Source of the DNA: an uncultured Bacteriovoracaceae bacterium
GTDB taxonomy: Bacteria; Bdellovibrionota; UBA1018
Assembly (NCBI GenBank): GCA_964363305.1
Contig: CAYIHX010000010.1
Location: 4,036 to 68,035, forward strand
Length of the DNA stretch: 64,000 nucleotides
Direction of reading: 5' to 3'
Shown here: in pieces, positions 1 to 10,563 of the stretch
Layout of the letters: the number at the start of each line of letters is the position of its first letter
Numbering within the stretch: position 1 is the stretch's first letter
The notes under the pieces: model-generated
Database searches by the model: none
Told to the model about the DNA's origin: nothing
Seen by the model: the letters and a program-made list of their open reading frames with translations, nothing else
Made by a program: the position numbers and the translations under genes

Positions 1-671
1 TCGACCTGAAACTTCCGGATATGTCGGGCGAACAGCTTCTGAAGCAAATGACCGAGCAAGAGGAGTTGGCCTCGTTTCCGCCGGTCATCGTCTATACCGG
101 GCGCTCGCTCTCGCGGGACGAGGAGAGCGCGCTTCGGAAGTATTCCCGCTCCATCATCATCAAGGGCGCCAAGTCTCCCGAGCGGCTTGTCGACGAAGTC
201 AGTCTTTTCCTTCATCACACGGAATCCCAGCTCTCGCCCGAAAGGCAGCAGATGCTGAAAACCCTGCGGAGCCATGAAGATATTTTCGAGGGGAGAAAGA
301 TTCTCGTGGTGGATGACGACGTCCGGAACCTCTTTGCGCTGACGGCGGCGTTAGAGCAGAAAGGTGCCAGCATCGAGATCGCGAGGAACGGCAAGGAGGC
401 GCTCGCGAAGCTGAAGGAGGATCCCCGCGTGGATCTCGTGCTCATGGACGTTATGATGCCGGAGATGGATGGCTACCAGGCGACCCGTGAGATCAGGAAG
501 CAAAAGCAGTTCGCGAGGCTTCCCATCATCGCCGTGACGGCTAAAGCGACGAAAAACGATCAGCTACTGTGCATGGAAGCGGGTGCGACGGATTATCTCG
601 CCAAGCCCATTGACCTTCATCAGCTCTTCTCGGTTATCCGGGTCTGGGCGCCGAAATTGGGGCAAAACTAA
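1..671 (+). CDS. C-terminal part of a multi-receiver (REC-REC) signalling protein, 5' end outside window
   Basis: The frame is open from the window edge with no start. It opens with DLKLPDMSG (receiver phospho-acceptor motif), followed by a second complete CheY-like receiver (ILVVDDD, LMDVMMPEMDG, AKP). Confidence 0.8.
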   Translation, partial: DLKLPDMSGEQLLKQMTEQEELASFPPVIVYTGRSLSRDEESALRKYSRSIIIKGAKSPERLVDEVSLFLHHTESQLSPERQQMLKTLRSHEDIFEGRKILVVDDDVRNLFALTAALEQKGASIEIARNGKEALAKLKEDPRVDLVLMDVMMPEMDGYQATREIRKQKQFARLPIIAVTAKATKNDQLLCMEAGATDYLAKPIDLHQLFSVIRVWAPKLGQN

Positions 672-676
672 GGCTC

Positions 677-1504
677 ATGGAACGGACTCTCACCCTCGAA
701 TTCGAGATCGAGATGAAGCGCTTGCTCGAGGCGATCAATCTCAAATACGACTACGATTTCAGGAACTACTCGGCTTCTTCGATAGGACGCACGCTGGTCC
801 ATGCGATGAATCGGATGGGGTGTCCCACTCTTTCGCTCCTTCAGGATAGAGTCCTCCGGGATTCGGAGTGTTTTGACGAGCTGCTGCAATCCCTCACGAT
901 CCCCGTGAGCGAGATGTTTCGCGATCCAACCTATTTCCTGGCGCTGCGGGAAAAAGTGATCCCCATTCTCAAGACCTATCCCTCGCTTAAAGTCTGGGTC
1001 GCCGGTTGTAGCACGGGGGAAGAGGTCTATTCGCTCGCGATCTTGCTTCATGAGGAAGGGCTGCTGGAGCGGACGATTCTGTACGCGACCGATATCAACC
1101 CCAGAAGCCTGAAAAAGGCGGAAGCGGGCGTTTTTTCATTGGAAGAAATCCAAAGAGCCACCCCAAACTATTCGCAGTCCGGTGGGAGGGGCGCGCTTTC
1201 CGATTACTACACGACGACACTTGGGTCGGCTCAATTCGATGAGGCTTTGAAGAGAAACGTCACGTTTACGGACCATAGCCTCGTGACCGATGCGGTATTC
1301 TCGGAGACGCATCTCATTTCGTGCCGAAATGTCCTCATCTATTTCGATCGCGAACTTCAGGATCGGGTGTTCGGCCTCTTTCTTGAGTCGCTTTGCCGGA
1401 AATGTTTTTTAGGTTTGGGCTCCAAGGAGACCCTCCAGTTTTCGAAACACGCGGAACATTTCGATCCTTTCGTGAAGAGGGATCGGATTTTTCGGAAGAA
1501 GTGA
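677..1504 (+). CDS. cheR: CheR-type protein-glutamate O-methyltransferase
   Basis: 275-aa ORF with the SAM-binding signature VWVAGCSTGEEVYSLAILL and CRNVLIYF. The ATG lies 5 nt after the upstream stop. Confidence 0.9.
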   Translation: MERTLTLEFEIEMKRLLEAINLKYDYDFRNYSASSIGRTLVHAMNRMGCPTLSLLQDRVLRDSECFDELLQSLTIPVSEMFRDPTYFLALREKVIPILKTYPSLKVWVAGCSTGEEVYSLAILLHEEGLLERTILYATDINPRSLKKAEAGVFSLEEIQRATPNYSQSGGRGALSDYYTTTLGSAQFDEALKRNVTFTDHSLVTDAVFSETHLISCRNVLIYFDRELQDRVFGLFLESLCRKCFLGLGSKETLQFSKHAEHFDPFVKRDRIFRKK

Positions 1505-1506
1505 AC

Positions 1507-2652
1507 ATGCTAATGAAGATTCTGCTCGTCGACGATCTGAAGGACAATCTTCTTGCCTTGGAAGGCTTGCTGAGGAGGGATGACGTCGAGATTTTAAAAG
1601 CGAGATCTGGAGCCGAAGCGTTGGAACTCATGATTTCCCACGAATTTGCCGTGGCGTTCGTCGATGTTCAGATGCCCGGCATGAGCGGATTTGAGCTCGC
1701 CGAGCTGATGCGCGGGGCGAAGAAGACCAAAAATATCCCGATCATCTTCGTGACCGCGACGGCGCATGAGCAGAGCTTCTCGTTTAAGGGCTATGAAAGC
1801 GGCGCGGTGGATTTTCTCCTGAAGCCCCTCGATGCCCATGCGGTCCAGCGCAAGGCGAATATCTTCATTGAGCTTTGCCGGAATAAGCGGCAGCAGCAAG
1901 AACTCCTGGCCGAGCTGAAGAACACCAAGGCCGAGCTCGAGCAGGCAGTTCGGATTCGGGACGAGTTCATGTCGATGGCGTCTCATGAACTCAAAACCCC
2001 TCTCACCTCCTTGAAGCTTCAATCCCAGCTGAGAAAACGCAAGGTGCAGCTCGGTGACCTCGCCGCGTTCTCGCTCGAGCGTCTAGCGAAGATGTTCGAG
2101 GCAGACGAAAAGCAGCTCCAGCGGATCACTCACCTTATTGACGACATGCTGGATGTATCCCGGATCGGCTCGGGGGTGCTTTCCATGCGGTTCGAGCAGT
2201 TTGATCTCTGCGAGCTGGCCCGGGACGTCGTTGAACGAAGCTCCGAGCAGTTCGTCGTGGCGGGATGCGCGCTGAAAGTAGAGCTTTGCCCGTCCGCCGT
2301 GGGGAACTGGGATCGGTTTCGCATCGAGCAGGTGCTCATGAATCTCCTGACGAATGCCATGCGGTATGGTGCTGGAAAGCCGATTTTGCTCCAGGTGTAT
2401 AGCTCTTCCGCCGGGGCAAGGCTCGTCGTTTGTGATCAGGGACGGGGCGTTGCTCCCGAGCACCATGAGCGAATTTTTCACAAGTTCGACCGCGCCGTCT
2501 CAAACAGCGAGATCAGTGGGCTCGGCCTGGGCCTCTATATCGCCCATCAGATCGTGGATGCTCATCACGGATCCATTTGGGTGGAAAGCGAGCTGGGCCA
2601 GGGTGCTGCTTTTATCGTTGAGCTTCCGGTGCTTCGACCATCAGGCAGTTAA
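1507..2652 (+). CDS. Response-regulator receiver fused to histidine kinase (REC-HisKA-HATPase)
   Basis: Internal ATG 1507 (MLMKILLVDD) lies 2 nt after the cheR stop. Receiver motifs DVQMPGMSG and LKP, H-box SHELKTPL, ATPase boxes NLLTNAMRYG, DQGRGV and GLGLGLYI. Confidence 0.85.
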   Translation: MLMKILLVDDLKDNLLALEGLLRRDDVEILKARSGAEALELMISHEFAVAFVDVQMPGMSGFELAELMRGAKKTKNIPIIFVTATAHEQSFSFKGYESGAVDFLLKPLDAHAVQRKANIFIELCRNKRQQQELLAELKNTKAELEQAVRIRDEFMSMASHELKTPLTSLKLQSQLRKRKVQLGDLAAFSLERLAKMFEADEKQLQRITHLIDDMLDVSRIGSGVLSMRFEQFDLCELARDVVERSSEQFVVAGCALKVELCPSAVGNWDRFRIEQVLMNLLTNAMRYGAGKPILLQVYSSSAGARLVVCDQGRGVAPEHHERIFHKFDRAVSNSEISGLGLGLYIAHQIVDAHHGSIWVESELGQGAAFIVELPVLRPSGS

Positions 2653-2700
2653 TAATTAATTAACTCAAACAATAACAATAAGTTATAGATCCCTCTTTAA

Positions 2701-2759
2701 CTACGATACAATTGGTCGTATATGGATAGGAGATTGAAATCCGATCCAAAGTATCGTAG
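2701..2759. promoter_or_regulatory. Inverted repeat in the AT-rich iscR upstream region (candidate operator)
   Basis: CTACGATAC (2701-2709) and its exact reverse complement GTATCGTAG (2751-2759). A CAATTG palindrome sits at 2709-2714. All lie directly upstream of the iscR ATG at 2777. Confidence 0.3.
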
Positions 2760-2776
2760 ATGGAGTCAAGGGATTT

Positions 2777-3247
2777 ATGATTCGCCTCAACAGAACCACC
2801 GAATACGGATTGCTTGCTCTTCAGCACATGAGTGACAAGCAGGACCACGAAATCGAAGGCGTGACGAGCGCTCGCGAAGTGGCGGATCTGTACGGGCTTC
2901 CGTTTGAGATTACGGCGAAAACGCTTCAGCGATTGAAAGACACGGGGCTGATCGGTTCCGCGCAAGGCGCGCGTGGAGGTTACACGCTGAAACGCCCTCT
3001 GAAGGACATCACCCTCGCCGAGTTTCTTGACATGATGGAAGGGCCGCAGGGCGTGGTGGCGTGCGCAGGGCATCGGCAGGCCAGCGCGGCCGAAGCTCAA
3101 GGTTCGGTGGGAGCGCCGGGTGGCGCGAGCTGCGAGTATCATTCACGCTGCGGGATTCACGCGCCGATGGTGGCGCTCAATCAAAGGATTCAGGGTTTTC
3201 TTTCGGGAATTCGCCTCGCGGAATTGGCAGGAGTGAAGCGGCAATGA
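2777..3247 (+). CDS. iscR: Rrf2-family Fe-S cluster regulator IscR
   Basis: Rrf2 winged-HTH N-terminus ([18 protein letters not shown]) and a Cys/His ligand set C-x22-C-x5-C-x2-H. ATGA overlap with iscS, at the head of the isc operon. Confidence 0.8.
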   Translation: MIRLNRTTEYGLLALQHMSDKQDHEIEGVTSAREVADLYGLPFEITAKTLQRLKDTGLIGSAQGARGGYTLKRPLKDITLAEFLDMMEGPQGVVACAGHRQASAAEAQGSVGAPGGASCEYHSRCGIHAPMVALNQRIQGFLSGIRLAELAGVKRQ

Positions 3248-4458
3248 AATTTCCAATCTATCTCGATTACCATGCGACGACGCCGGTCGATCCCGAAGTA
3301 CTGAAGGCGATGCTGCCGTACTTCACCGAGGTGTTCGGCAATGCCGCGAGCCGTAACCATGAATACGGTTGGAGTGCCGAGGCTGGGGTGGAGAAGGCGC
3401 GAGCCCAGGTCGCCAAACTCATCGGCGCGATCGACAAAGAGATTATTTTCACGAGCGGCGCCACGGAGAGCAATAACCTCGCCATCACCGGCGTGGCCGA
3501 GATGTACCGAGAGAAGGGCAATCACATCATTACCTCGCCGATCGAACATAAGGCCGTGCTGGATACCTGCAAGTATCTCGAGACGAAGGGCTATGAGCTG
3601 ACCACCCTCTCCGTCGATCAGTATGGCCGGATCAACTTGGATGAGCTTCGGGCCGCCATCACTCCGAAGACGATTCTTGTTTCGATCATGTTCGCGAATA
3701 ACGAGATCGGCACGATTCAGCCGGTGGCTGACATCGGAAAAATTTGCAAAGAAAAAGGCGTGATCTTTCATACCGACGCGGTTCAAGCGGCGGGCAAGGT
3801 CGAGATCGACGTGAATGCGATGGGGATCGATCTTCTTTCGATCACCGCGCACAAGATGTATGGCCCGAAAGGTGTCGGTGCCCTTTACGTTCGGCGCAGA
3901 GGCCCGAGAGTACGGCTTTCTCCTTTGATTCATGGCGGCGGCCATGAGCGCGGAATGCGCTCCGGTACCTTGAACGTGCCGGGCATCGTGGGATTCGGCA
4001 AAGCCGCCGAGCTGGCTCGGCTCAACCTGAAGGAAGAATCGGCGAAGATGAAGCGCCAGCGGGATCGCCTCTGGACGGGCTTTCAGGAGCAGCTGGACGA
4101 GGTGTTCTTGAACGGACATCCGACTGAGCGCCTCCCGAACAATCTCAATGTGAGCTTTGCTTACGTCGAGGGTGAATCGTTGATCATGGGTACGAAGGAG
4201 CTCGCGGTCTCGAGTGGCTCGGCGTGTACTTCGGCCAGTCTTGAGCCCTCTTATGTGCTCAAGGCGATCGGCGTGGGCGAGGATTTAGCTCATACGAGCA
4301 TTCGATTCAGCGTGGGCCGCTTCACGACGGATGAGGAAGTGGAGTTCGCGCTTCAGAAGATGGTGACGGCCGTGAAGAGGCTTCGCGAGCTGTCTCCGCT
4401 TTATGAAATGGTGAAAGACGGAATCGACATCAAATCGATTCAATGGACGGCGCACTAA
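3244..4458 (+). CDS. iscS: Cysteine desulfurase IscS
   Basis: Internal ATG 3244 ([14 protein letters not shown]). PLP lysine context [12 protein letters not shown] and active-site loop SSGSACTS. About 404 aa, the typical IscS length. Confidence 0.95.
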   Translation: MKFPIYLDYHATTPVDPEVLKAMLPYFTEVFGNAASRNHEYGWSAEAGVEKARAQVAKLIGAIDKEIIFTSGATESNNLAITGVAEMYREKGNHIITSPIEHKAVLDTCKYLETKGYELTTLSVDQYGRINLDELRAAITPKTILVSIMFANNEIGTIQPVADIGKICKEKGVIFHTDAVQAAGKVEIDVNAMGIDLLSITAHKMYGPKGVGALYVRRRGPRVRLSPLIHGGGHERGMRSGTLNVPGIVGFGKAAELARLNLKEESAKMKRQRDRLWTGFQEQLDEVFLNGHPTERLPNNLNVSFAYVEGESLIMGTKELAVSSGSACTSASLEPSYVLKAIGVGEDLAHTSIRFSVGRFTTDEEVEFALQKMVTAVKRLRELSPLYEMVKDGIDIKSIQWTAH

Positions 4459-4482
4459 GCGCCGCGAGACGGGAGAAGCTTT

Positions 4483-4878
4483 ATGGCATACACGCAAAAG
4501 GTAGTGGATCATTACGAAAACCCCCGCAATGTGGGCTCGATGGACAAAAACGCAGGCAACGTGGGTACGGGCTTGGTCGGCGCCCCGGAATGCGGTGACG
4601 TGATGAAGCTCCAGATCGAGGTCGATGAGAAGACCCACGTCATCAAAGATGCCAAGTTCAAGACCTTTGGCTGCGGTAGTGCCATCGCGAGTTCTTCGCT
4701 CGCGACCGAGTGGATCAAGGGCAAGACCTTGGATGAGGCTTTGACGATCAAGAACACGGATATCGTCGAGGAGCTGTCTCTCCCTCCGATCAAGATTCAC
4801 TGCTCGGTTTTGGCCGAGGATGCGATCAAAGCGGCAATCGGCGACTATCTGAAGAAGGCCGGTGGGGCCCGCGTATGA
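4483..4878 (+). CDS. iscU: Fe-S cluster scaffold IscU
   Basis: MAYTQKVVDHYENPRNVGS, GAPECGDVMKL, FKTFGCGSAIASSS and LPPIKIHCSVLA are canonical IscU motifs. Confidence 0.95.
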   Translation: MAYTQKVVDHYENPRNVGSMDKNAGNVGTGLVGAPECGDVMKLQIEVDEKTHVIKDAKFKTFGCGSAIASSSLATEWIKGKTLDEALTIKNTDIVEELSLPPIKIHCSVLAEDAIKAAIGDYLKKAGGARV

Positions 4879-5261
4879 ACGATACGGCGCAGACCCCGAT
4901 TTCTTCTCCTCCTGCTTCGAAGCCTCAGCCGAGTATTTCGATGACGGACAAGGCCGTGAAAGAGATCATGCGGATACGATCAAGTGATCCCGCTACTGCG
5001 AACGCCTATTTACGCGTGCAAGTCGTCGGCGGCGGCTGTTCGGGGATGAGTTACAAGCTCGGGTTCGAGAGTGATGCGCCATCCGAGAAGGATAAGATTT
5101 TCGAGAAAGACGGAGTGAAGGTCGTCGTCGATTCGAAGTCGCTCCTTTACATCACCGGCACGGAGCTGGATTTCACGGACGGATTGAACGGCCAGGGATT
5201 TGTTTTCAAGAATCCCAACGCCAAACGCACCTGTGGCTGCGGGTCGAGCTTCTCGGCTTGA
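4875..5261 (+). CDS. iscA: Fe-S cluster insertion protein IscA/HesB family
   Basis: GGGCSGMSY and a C-terminal CGCGSSF motif. ATGA overlap with iscU. Confidence 0.9.
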   Translation: MNDTAQTPISSPPASKPQPSISMTDKAVKEIMRIRSSDPATANAYLRVQVVGGGCSGMSYKLGFESDAPSEKDKIFEKDGVKVVVDSKSLLYITGTELDFTDGLNGQGFVFKNPNAKRTCGCGSSFSA

Positions 5262-5270
5262 CCGTTCGGT

Positions 5271-5771
5271 ATGAATGACTTTGACGTATTTTCTTTGCCG
5301 GTCCGCTTTGAGGTCGATCTTGGGCGCCTTCAGGCGCGCTTCTACGAACTCTCGCGGGAGCTGCATCCAGATCGATTCGTGCGACAGGGCCCTGAAGCCG
5401 TGAAGGCCTCGCTGGAAAAAATGAGCCGGGTGAACCAGGCGTATACGACCTTGAAGGACCCCGCTCGGCGGCGCGATTACCTCCTCAGTCTTCAAAAAAT
5501 ACCGCCCCCCGCAGGGAAGGCATCATTGCCGCTCGAGCTAGCGGAGGCGTGGTTTGACCTTCAGGATGCGTGGATTTGGGCTCATGCGCTTGAGTTCAAG
5601 ATGAAGCTAGAGGAGCATCGCGCTGCCCTGGAACAGAGGGCGCTTGAATGCGAGCGGGCTTTTGATTCCGGAAACGAGGAGGCGCTCCTGGAATTAAGCG
5701 CCATTGTGCGAGAGCAATCTTACCTGGTTTCGTTGCAGCGAGACCTAGATTCCAAGCTCGCAAGGAGTTAA
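5271..5771 (+). CDS. hscB: Co-chaperone HscB
   Basis: J-domain-like N-terminus with HPDRF, 166 aa, positioned between iscA and hscA. Confidence 0.8.
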   Translation: MNDFDVFSLPVRFEVDLGRLQARFYELSRELHPDRFVRQGPEAVKASLEKMSRVNQAYTTLKDPARRRDYLLSLQKIPPPAGKASLPLELAEAWFDLQDAWIWAHALEFKMKLEEHRAALEQRALECERAFDSGNEEALLELSAIVREQSYLVSLQRDLDSKLARS

Positions 5772-5780
5772 GACCAGGTC

Positions 5781-7652
5781 ATGGCCATTCAGATCGACCT
5801 CAAGCTTTCAGGGCATGGGTACTCCCAGGGCCCGGACGACCAGGAGCAAGGCCCGATCGTGGGCATTGATCTGGGGACGACCAATAGCCTGGTTTCGATC
5901 GTTCGGAATGGCGTGCCCGAGGTGCTCAAGACCGAATCTGGAGAGCGCCTGATTCCCTCCGTGGTCAGTGAGGTCGCTGGCCGGTTGGTTGTTGGGCGTG
6001 AGGCTCGGCATCGAAAAATGCGGGATCCCCGACACACGGTGTTTTCGGTGAAGCGATTGCTGGGTCGGGGGTTCGAAGACTTGGCTGAAGCGCAGGGAGA
6101 TCTTCCGTATACGGTCGTGGCAGATCGCGCAGGGGGCCCCTTGCGAGTGCAGATTGGCGACCGTTTCTTCACACCCGTTGAAATCTCGGCTATGATTCTT
6201 CGCGAGCTAAAAGCTGCCGCAGAGAAGTCACTCGGCCGCGCCGTCAAACGCGCGGTCGTCACGGTACCGGCCTATTTCAACGATGCCCAGCGGCAGGCCA
6301 CCCGAACGGCAGGTCGGCTGGCGGGTCTCGACGTGTTGCGAATCGTGAACGAGCCGACGGCGGCCGCTTTGGCCTACGGGCTCGATCGAAAGAAGGAAGG
6401 CCTGATCGCCGTTTATGACCTCGGGGGCGGGACCTTCGATGTCTCGATTCTGCGGCTTCACGGCGGGATTTTCGAGGTGCTTGCTACGCGCGGAGACACG
6501 CGGTTGGGGGGCGATGATATTGACCTTGTCGTCGCGCGCCAGTTCTCGCAGCAAATCAGCGCGCAATTTGGCGTCGAGCCGTTTGGAGATCCGAATCTGC
6601 AGGCGGAACTCATCGAGCGCTGCGAGCAGGCAAAAATTCAACTCGCCGAAGCTCAGAGCTCGATCATTCGGATGGAGATCCCGGGCAAGGGAACCTTCGT
6701 GGCCGAGCTGACCCGTGCGCAGTTTGAAGAATGGGTGCGGCCGGTGCTGGAACGAACGCGCGAGCCGTGCCAGCAGGCACTGGCAGACGCGGGTCTGACT
6801 TTCGAGCAACTTTCAGATGTCATCCTGGTCGGTGGTCCGACTCGTTTGAGAGTGGTGCAGGATGTAGCGCGCTCTATTTTTTCCCGAGAGCCGAACACGT
6901 CGCTCAATCCGGACGAGGTGGTCGCACAGGGCGCCGCTATTCAGGCGGACATTTTGGCGGGCAACAATCAGGAGCTGCTGCTTCTGGATGTCGTGCCTCT
7001 TTCGCTCGGCATGGAGACCTATGGAGGCATCGTCTCCGTTCTGGTTCCGCGGAACACCCGCATTCCGACCGTTGCGCGCGAGACCTTTACGAACTTCGTC
7101 GATAACCAGACGGGCGTGGATATTCATATTCTCCAGGGTGAGCGCGAGCGAGTTGCTGATAATCGTTCGCTGGCACGTTTCAAGCTCACGGGCCTCGGGC
7201 CAAAGCCTGCCGGGTTCCACCGTATCGAGGTGACTTACCTCATCGACGCGGATGGCATTCTGAACGTTTCAGCGCGAGATCTACACACTGGCCTGGAGCA
7301 ATCGGTGGAGGTTCGTCCCACCTTTGGTTTGTCTGACGCGCAGGTCGAAGATATGCTTCTCGCGTCGCTTGAGCACGCTGAGGAGGACGTGGGTTTTCGC
7401 AAGTTGGTAGACGCCCGGAACGAGGCCGAGCCTATTTTGCGCCAAACCGAAAAGGCGCTCTCTCAGGGAAAAAAACTCCTTTCGGATGAAGAGTATCATT
7501 CGATCGAGCAGCGTATCTCTGGGCTCAAGGTGGCGCTCGGCGGGAGCGACTCAGAGTTGATTCGAGAGGCGAAGGCGGCACTCGATCAAGCGACGGTGAA
7601 TATGGCGGAGTTGTTACTCAAGGATGCGATGACGCAAGCGAGGAGAAGATGA
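5781..7652 (+). CDS. hscA: Fe-S cluster chaperone HscA (Hsp70 family)
   Basis: Hsp70 signatures [19 protein letters not shown] and VILVGGPTR. 623 aa, in isc operon context. Confidence 0.9.
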   Translation: MAIQIDLKLSGHGYSQGPDDQEQGPIVGIDLGTTNSLVSIVRNGVPEVLKTESGERLIPSVVSEVAGRLVVGREARHRKMRDPRHTVFSVKRLLGRGFEDLAEAQGDLPYTVVADRAGGPLRVQIGDRFFTPVEISAMILRELKAAAEKSLGRAVKRAVVTVPAYFNDAQRQATRTAGRLAGLDVLRIVNEPTAAALAYGLDRKKEGLIAVYDLGGGTFDVSILRLHGGIFEVLATRGDTRLGGDDIDLVVARQFSQQISAQFGVEPFGDPNLQAELIERCEQAKIQLAEAQSSIIRMEIPGKGTFVAELTRAQFEEWVRPVLERTREPCQQALADAGLTFEQLSDVILVGGPTRLRVVQDVARSIFSREPNTSLNPDEVVAQGAAIQADILAGNNQELLLLDVVPLSLGMETYGGIVSVLVPRNTRIPTVARETFTNFVDNQTGVDIHILQGERERVADNRSLARFKLTGLGPKPAGFHRIEVTYLIDADGILNVSARDLHTGLEQSVEVRPTFGLSDAQVEDMLLASLEHAEEDVGFRKLVDARNEAEPILRQTEKALSQGKKLLSDEEYHSIEQRISGLKVALGGSDSELIREAKAALDQATVNMAELLLKDAMTQARRR

Positions 7653-7957
7653 TGTCCAAGCGATGGAAGGTGACTTTTCAGCCGACTCAACAAACAGTTG
7701 AGGCGAATGACGGTGATACGCTGCTTGAGGTGGCCATCGCGAACGATGTGCCGCTCATGCACGCCTGCGGTGGGTTCTGCGCCTGCACGACTTGTCATGT
7801 GAAGGTCGTGGCGGGCCCCCAGAGCCTCTCGACGGCTGAGCCGGATGAACTGGATCGGATGGAAGGCGTCGAGGGTTATGCCGATGCTTCGCGTTTGGGT
7901 TGCCAGGCGAAAGTGCACGGCGACGTGACAGTCGAGATTCTCAACCTGGATCGCTAG
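7649..7957 (+). CDS. fdx: 2Fe-2S ferredoxin (Fdx, adrenodoxin type)
   Basis: Cys ligands in [13 protein letters not shown] with a distal C in LGCQ. ATGA overlap with hscA. Confidence 0.9.
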   Translation: MMSKRWKVTFQPTQQTVEANDGDTLLEVAIANDVPLMHACGGFCACTTCHVKVVAGPQSLSTAEPDELDRMEGVEGYADASRLGCQAKVHGDVTVEILNLDR

Positions 7958-8994
7958 CTCTTGGCGGCGAAGACGGTCTGCGTCGGATAGGCGAAGTCGA
8001 TCTTCATTTGGTTGAAGGTATTGAAGATCTGCCAGTTGATCTCCTGCTGGTGGTCCATGAAGCGACCGTAGTCGGAGGTGAGAATCCAGTAGACCGTTTC
8101 GAAATCCAGGGACGAGGATCCAAAGGTTTTGAAATGGGCGCGATCGAAGCGCACCTCGGGTTGACGTGCTATGATCTCGCGCAGAATGCCGGGAATTTTT
8201 TTCACCTGTTCGGGCGAGGTCTGGTACGTCACGCCCAGGGCGAGCGTCACGCGACGCTCCTGCATCCGTTTGAAGTTGTGAATCCGGCTCTGGAGCAAGG
8301 CGGAGTTCGGGTAGATGAGTTGCTCGCCGGTCAGCGCCCGCACGCGAGTGGTCTTGAGGCCGATGTGTTCGACCGTTCCTGAGATGTTATCGACTAAAAT
8401 GGAGTCGCCGACGATAAACGGCTTATCGAGCACGATCGTGAGCGAGCTGAAGAGATCGCCCAGAATATTTTGCGCCGCGAGGGCGACGGCAATGCCGCCG
8501 ACACCGAGGCCCGCCACTAATGCGGAGATATTCACGCCGAGGTTGTTCAGGCCCAGCATGACGAGCGTGGAGTAGAGGCCCGCTTGGGCGAGCGTGCTGA
8601 TCAGACCCACCGTATTCTTGATCGATTCATCACCGTCGCCGCGTTTGAGGAAGGTATGTTCGATCCAGAATCGGAGCCAGATGTTGCCCCACGCTCCGGC
8701 CTGGAGAAGGCTTCCGATCATCAAGGCGCGAGAAAAGGTCAAGTCGACGGTGGGAGAAAGATCGAGCGGTATGGAGGCGAGGAAGAGGGCAAGCGTGAGG
8801 AGAAAAATGCGAGATACTTTTTCACTCATCGGTCGGACGACCGCGGGACCTCGTGCAAAGCGAAGGGCAAGGAGGTGGGCGGTGCCTCGCAACCCAAAAT
8901 AAAGAACAGCGAAAAGAATCGGTGTCAGGACCCAGAGGTAGATCGGGTTTCCCAGCCAGCTTACGTCGATCCAGTTATGAATGAGTTCCTGCAT
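7954..8994 (-). CDS. Mechanosensitive ion channel (MscS family)
   Basis: 346 aa with multiple N-terminal TM helices, then the MscS beta-domain pattern (LDKPFIVGDSI, GTVEHIGLKTTRVR). Confidence 0.85.
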   Translation of the reverse strand: MQELIHNWIDVSWLGNPIYLWVLTPILFAVLYFGLRGTAHLLALRFARGPAVVRPMSEKVSRIFLLTLALFLASIPLDLSPTVDLTFSRALMIGSLLQAGAWGNIWLRFWIEHTFLKRGDGDESIKNTVGLISTLAQAGLYSTLVMLGLNNLGVNISALVAGLGVGGIAVALAAQNILGDLFSSLTIVLDKPFIVGDSILVDNISGTVEHIGLKTTRVRALTGEQLIYPNSALLQSRIHNFKRMQERRVTLALGVTYQTSPEQVKKIPGILREIIARQPEVRFDRAHFKTFGSSSLDFETVYWILTSDYGRFMDHQQEINWQIFNTFNQMKIDFAYPTQTVFAAKS

Positions 8995-9009
8995 ATTTTT
9001 CCTGATTTT

Positions 9010-10563
9010 TCATGGGGTGGCGAGAGCACCCTTGAGATGCACTCTTTTGAGGAAAAGGTAGTTGAGAGGAGTGAGTTCTAACCCTTCGACGCGGCGCCTG
9101 ACAAGCGCCAGGTTGGGTTCATAGTAGAGGGGAATAATCACGGTATCGTGGTTTACGAGGAGGGTTTGCGCCCGGAGAAAGAGCGCGGTGCGAGCCTTGC
9201 CAAGCGGAAGCCCTCTCGCCTTCGTGATCAAGGCGTCGAAAGAATCGCTTTTCCAGCCAGTTCTGTTGTTCCCTGAGTCAGCGAGAAAGACCGAGAGAAA
9301 ATTATCCGGATCCGGGAAATCCGCGCTCCAGCTGCGAAGGAACAGCGGCTCCTGCTTGGACGCGGTCATCGCTTGATAGGCTTTGTGATCGAGCGACAAG
9401 ATGGATATCTCAAGTTTGAGGGCTTTTCGAAGCTGTTCCTGCAGATACTGCGCGACGGTGAGGATTTTGTCCGTGTTTGGAACCACGAGTGTCAGTTTTT
9501 TCGGTCGGTGCTCGACAGGGATCGAGGTCCAGAGTTCTAGTGCGCTTTTTGCGCGAGGCGAATGGCCGGCCTGGGCGTCGAAGCCCGTCATGGCGGGAGG
9601 AACGAAGGAATGCCCGGGGGTTTGCCCGCCGAATAAGAGATCTCCGAATCCATTGCGCTCGATGGCGAGAGCGATGGCTTGGCGTACGAGCGGGTTAGAG
9701 ACGGCCTGTTGCGAGGTCACGAATCCGAGATAGACGGTTTTCAGGTAGGGGAAGCTTCTCAGTTCAGGGCGGTCCTTCAGTCTGATCAGATCGATGGGTG
9801 AGATGTCGTTCATGAAATCGAGTCGGCCGGCCTCGAAAATGCTCAGAGCGGTGGAGTGATCGGCGACGATCAGGCACTCTACCGTTTTCAGCGTCACGGA
9901 CGCTTTTCCATAATAGTATGGGTTTCTTTTTAGGACGATCTTGGAGTCGGCCAGGTGTGAGCTCAAGGTGAAGGGCCCTGTTGTAACGAGTTTTTCCGGT
10001 CGGGTGAACTGGGGTCCGTAGCGGGCGACCAAATCTTCGCGAATGGGGAAGGTAACCCAGAAGGTGGGCATGTAGAGCCAGTGGGCAATCGGGCGCGTGA
10101 GACGGACTTCGAGCGTGCGGTCGTCCAAGGCCGTGACTCCCACCTTGGAGAAATCGGTCTCTTTGCCGGCGTAGAAATTTTCTGCGTTCTCAAGATCAAA
10201 AAGAAAATAGGCGTAGGGCGCCCCGGTCGAGGCAGAGAGAAGGCGCTTCCAGCTGGCTACGAAATCGCGCGCTTTTACGGGCACTCCGTCGGACCAACTC
10301 GCGTCCGTCCTCAAATGAAAGGTATACTTTTTTCCGTCCGGACTTTTCGTCCAACTTTTCGCTAGGGCCGGCACGGTCCGCAAATTTCCGTCGAGTTCGA
10401 CCAGGCCTTCCATGAGGTTCATCAGCAGGTGAGTTTCGACGGGCGTGTGGGCCTTGTTCCAATCCAGCGTCTCGGGTTCGGCAGTGAGTCGAATCGAGAG
10501 CGTGTCGGGCGTGGGTTCGGACGCCAGCGTCAGGTTCACAAAAAGTGCGAGAAGGAGGCTCAT
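9010..10563 (-). CDS. ABC transporter substrate-binding protein, family 5 (peptide/nickel, OppA/DppA-like)
   Basis: 517 aa with family-5 SBP architecture (LVELDGNL, AKSW, SPDGKKYTFHLR, WSDG). Overlaps the upstream permease gene by 4 nt. Confidence 0.85.
   Translation of the reverse strand: MSLLLALFVNLTLASEPTPDTLSIRLTAEPETLDWNKAHTPVETHLLMNLMEGLVELDGNLRTVPALAKSWTKSPDGKKYTFHLRTDASWSDGVPVKARDFVASWKRLLSASTGAPYAYFLFDLENAENFYAGKETDFSKVGVTALDDRTLEVRLTRPIAHWLYMPTFWVTFPIREDLVARYGPQFTRPEKLVTTGPFTLSSHLADSKIVLKRNPYYYGKASVTLKTVECLIVADHSTALSIFEAGRLDFMNDISPIDLIRLKDRPELRSFPYLKTVYLGFVTSQQAVSNPLVRQAIALAIERNGFGDLLFGGQTPGHSFVPPAMTGFDAQAGHSPRAKSALELWTSIPVEHRPKKLTLVVPNTDKILTVAQYLQEQLRKALKLEISILSLDHKAYQAMTASKQEPLFLRSWSADFPDPDNFLSVFLADSGNNRTGWKSDSFDALITKARGLPLGKARTALFLRAQTLLVNHDTVIIPLYYEPNLALVRRRVEGLELTPLNYLFLKRVHLKGALATP

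Noticed and set aside
3190-4119. A 309-aa ORF antisense to iscS
   Set aside because: It lies entirely within, and opposite to, a gene with unmistakable IscS motifs. Its Arg/Ala/Pro/Gly-rich, motif-free translation is typical of shadow ORFs in GC-rich DNA.
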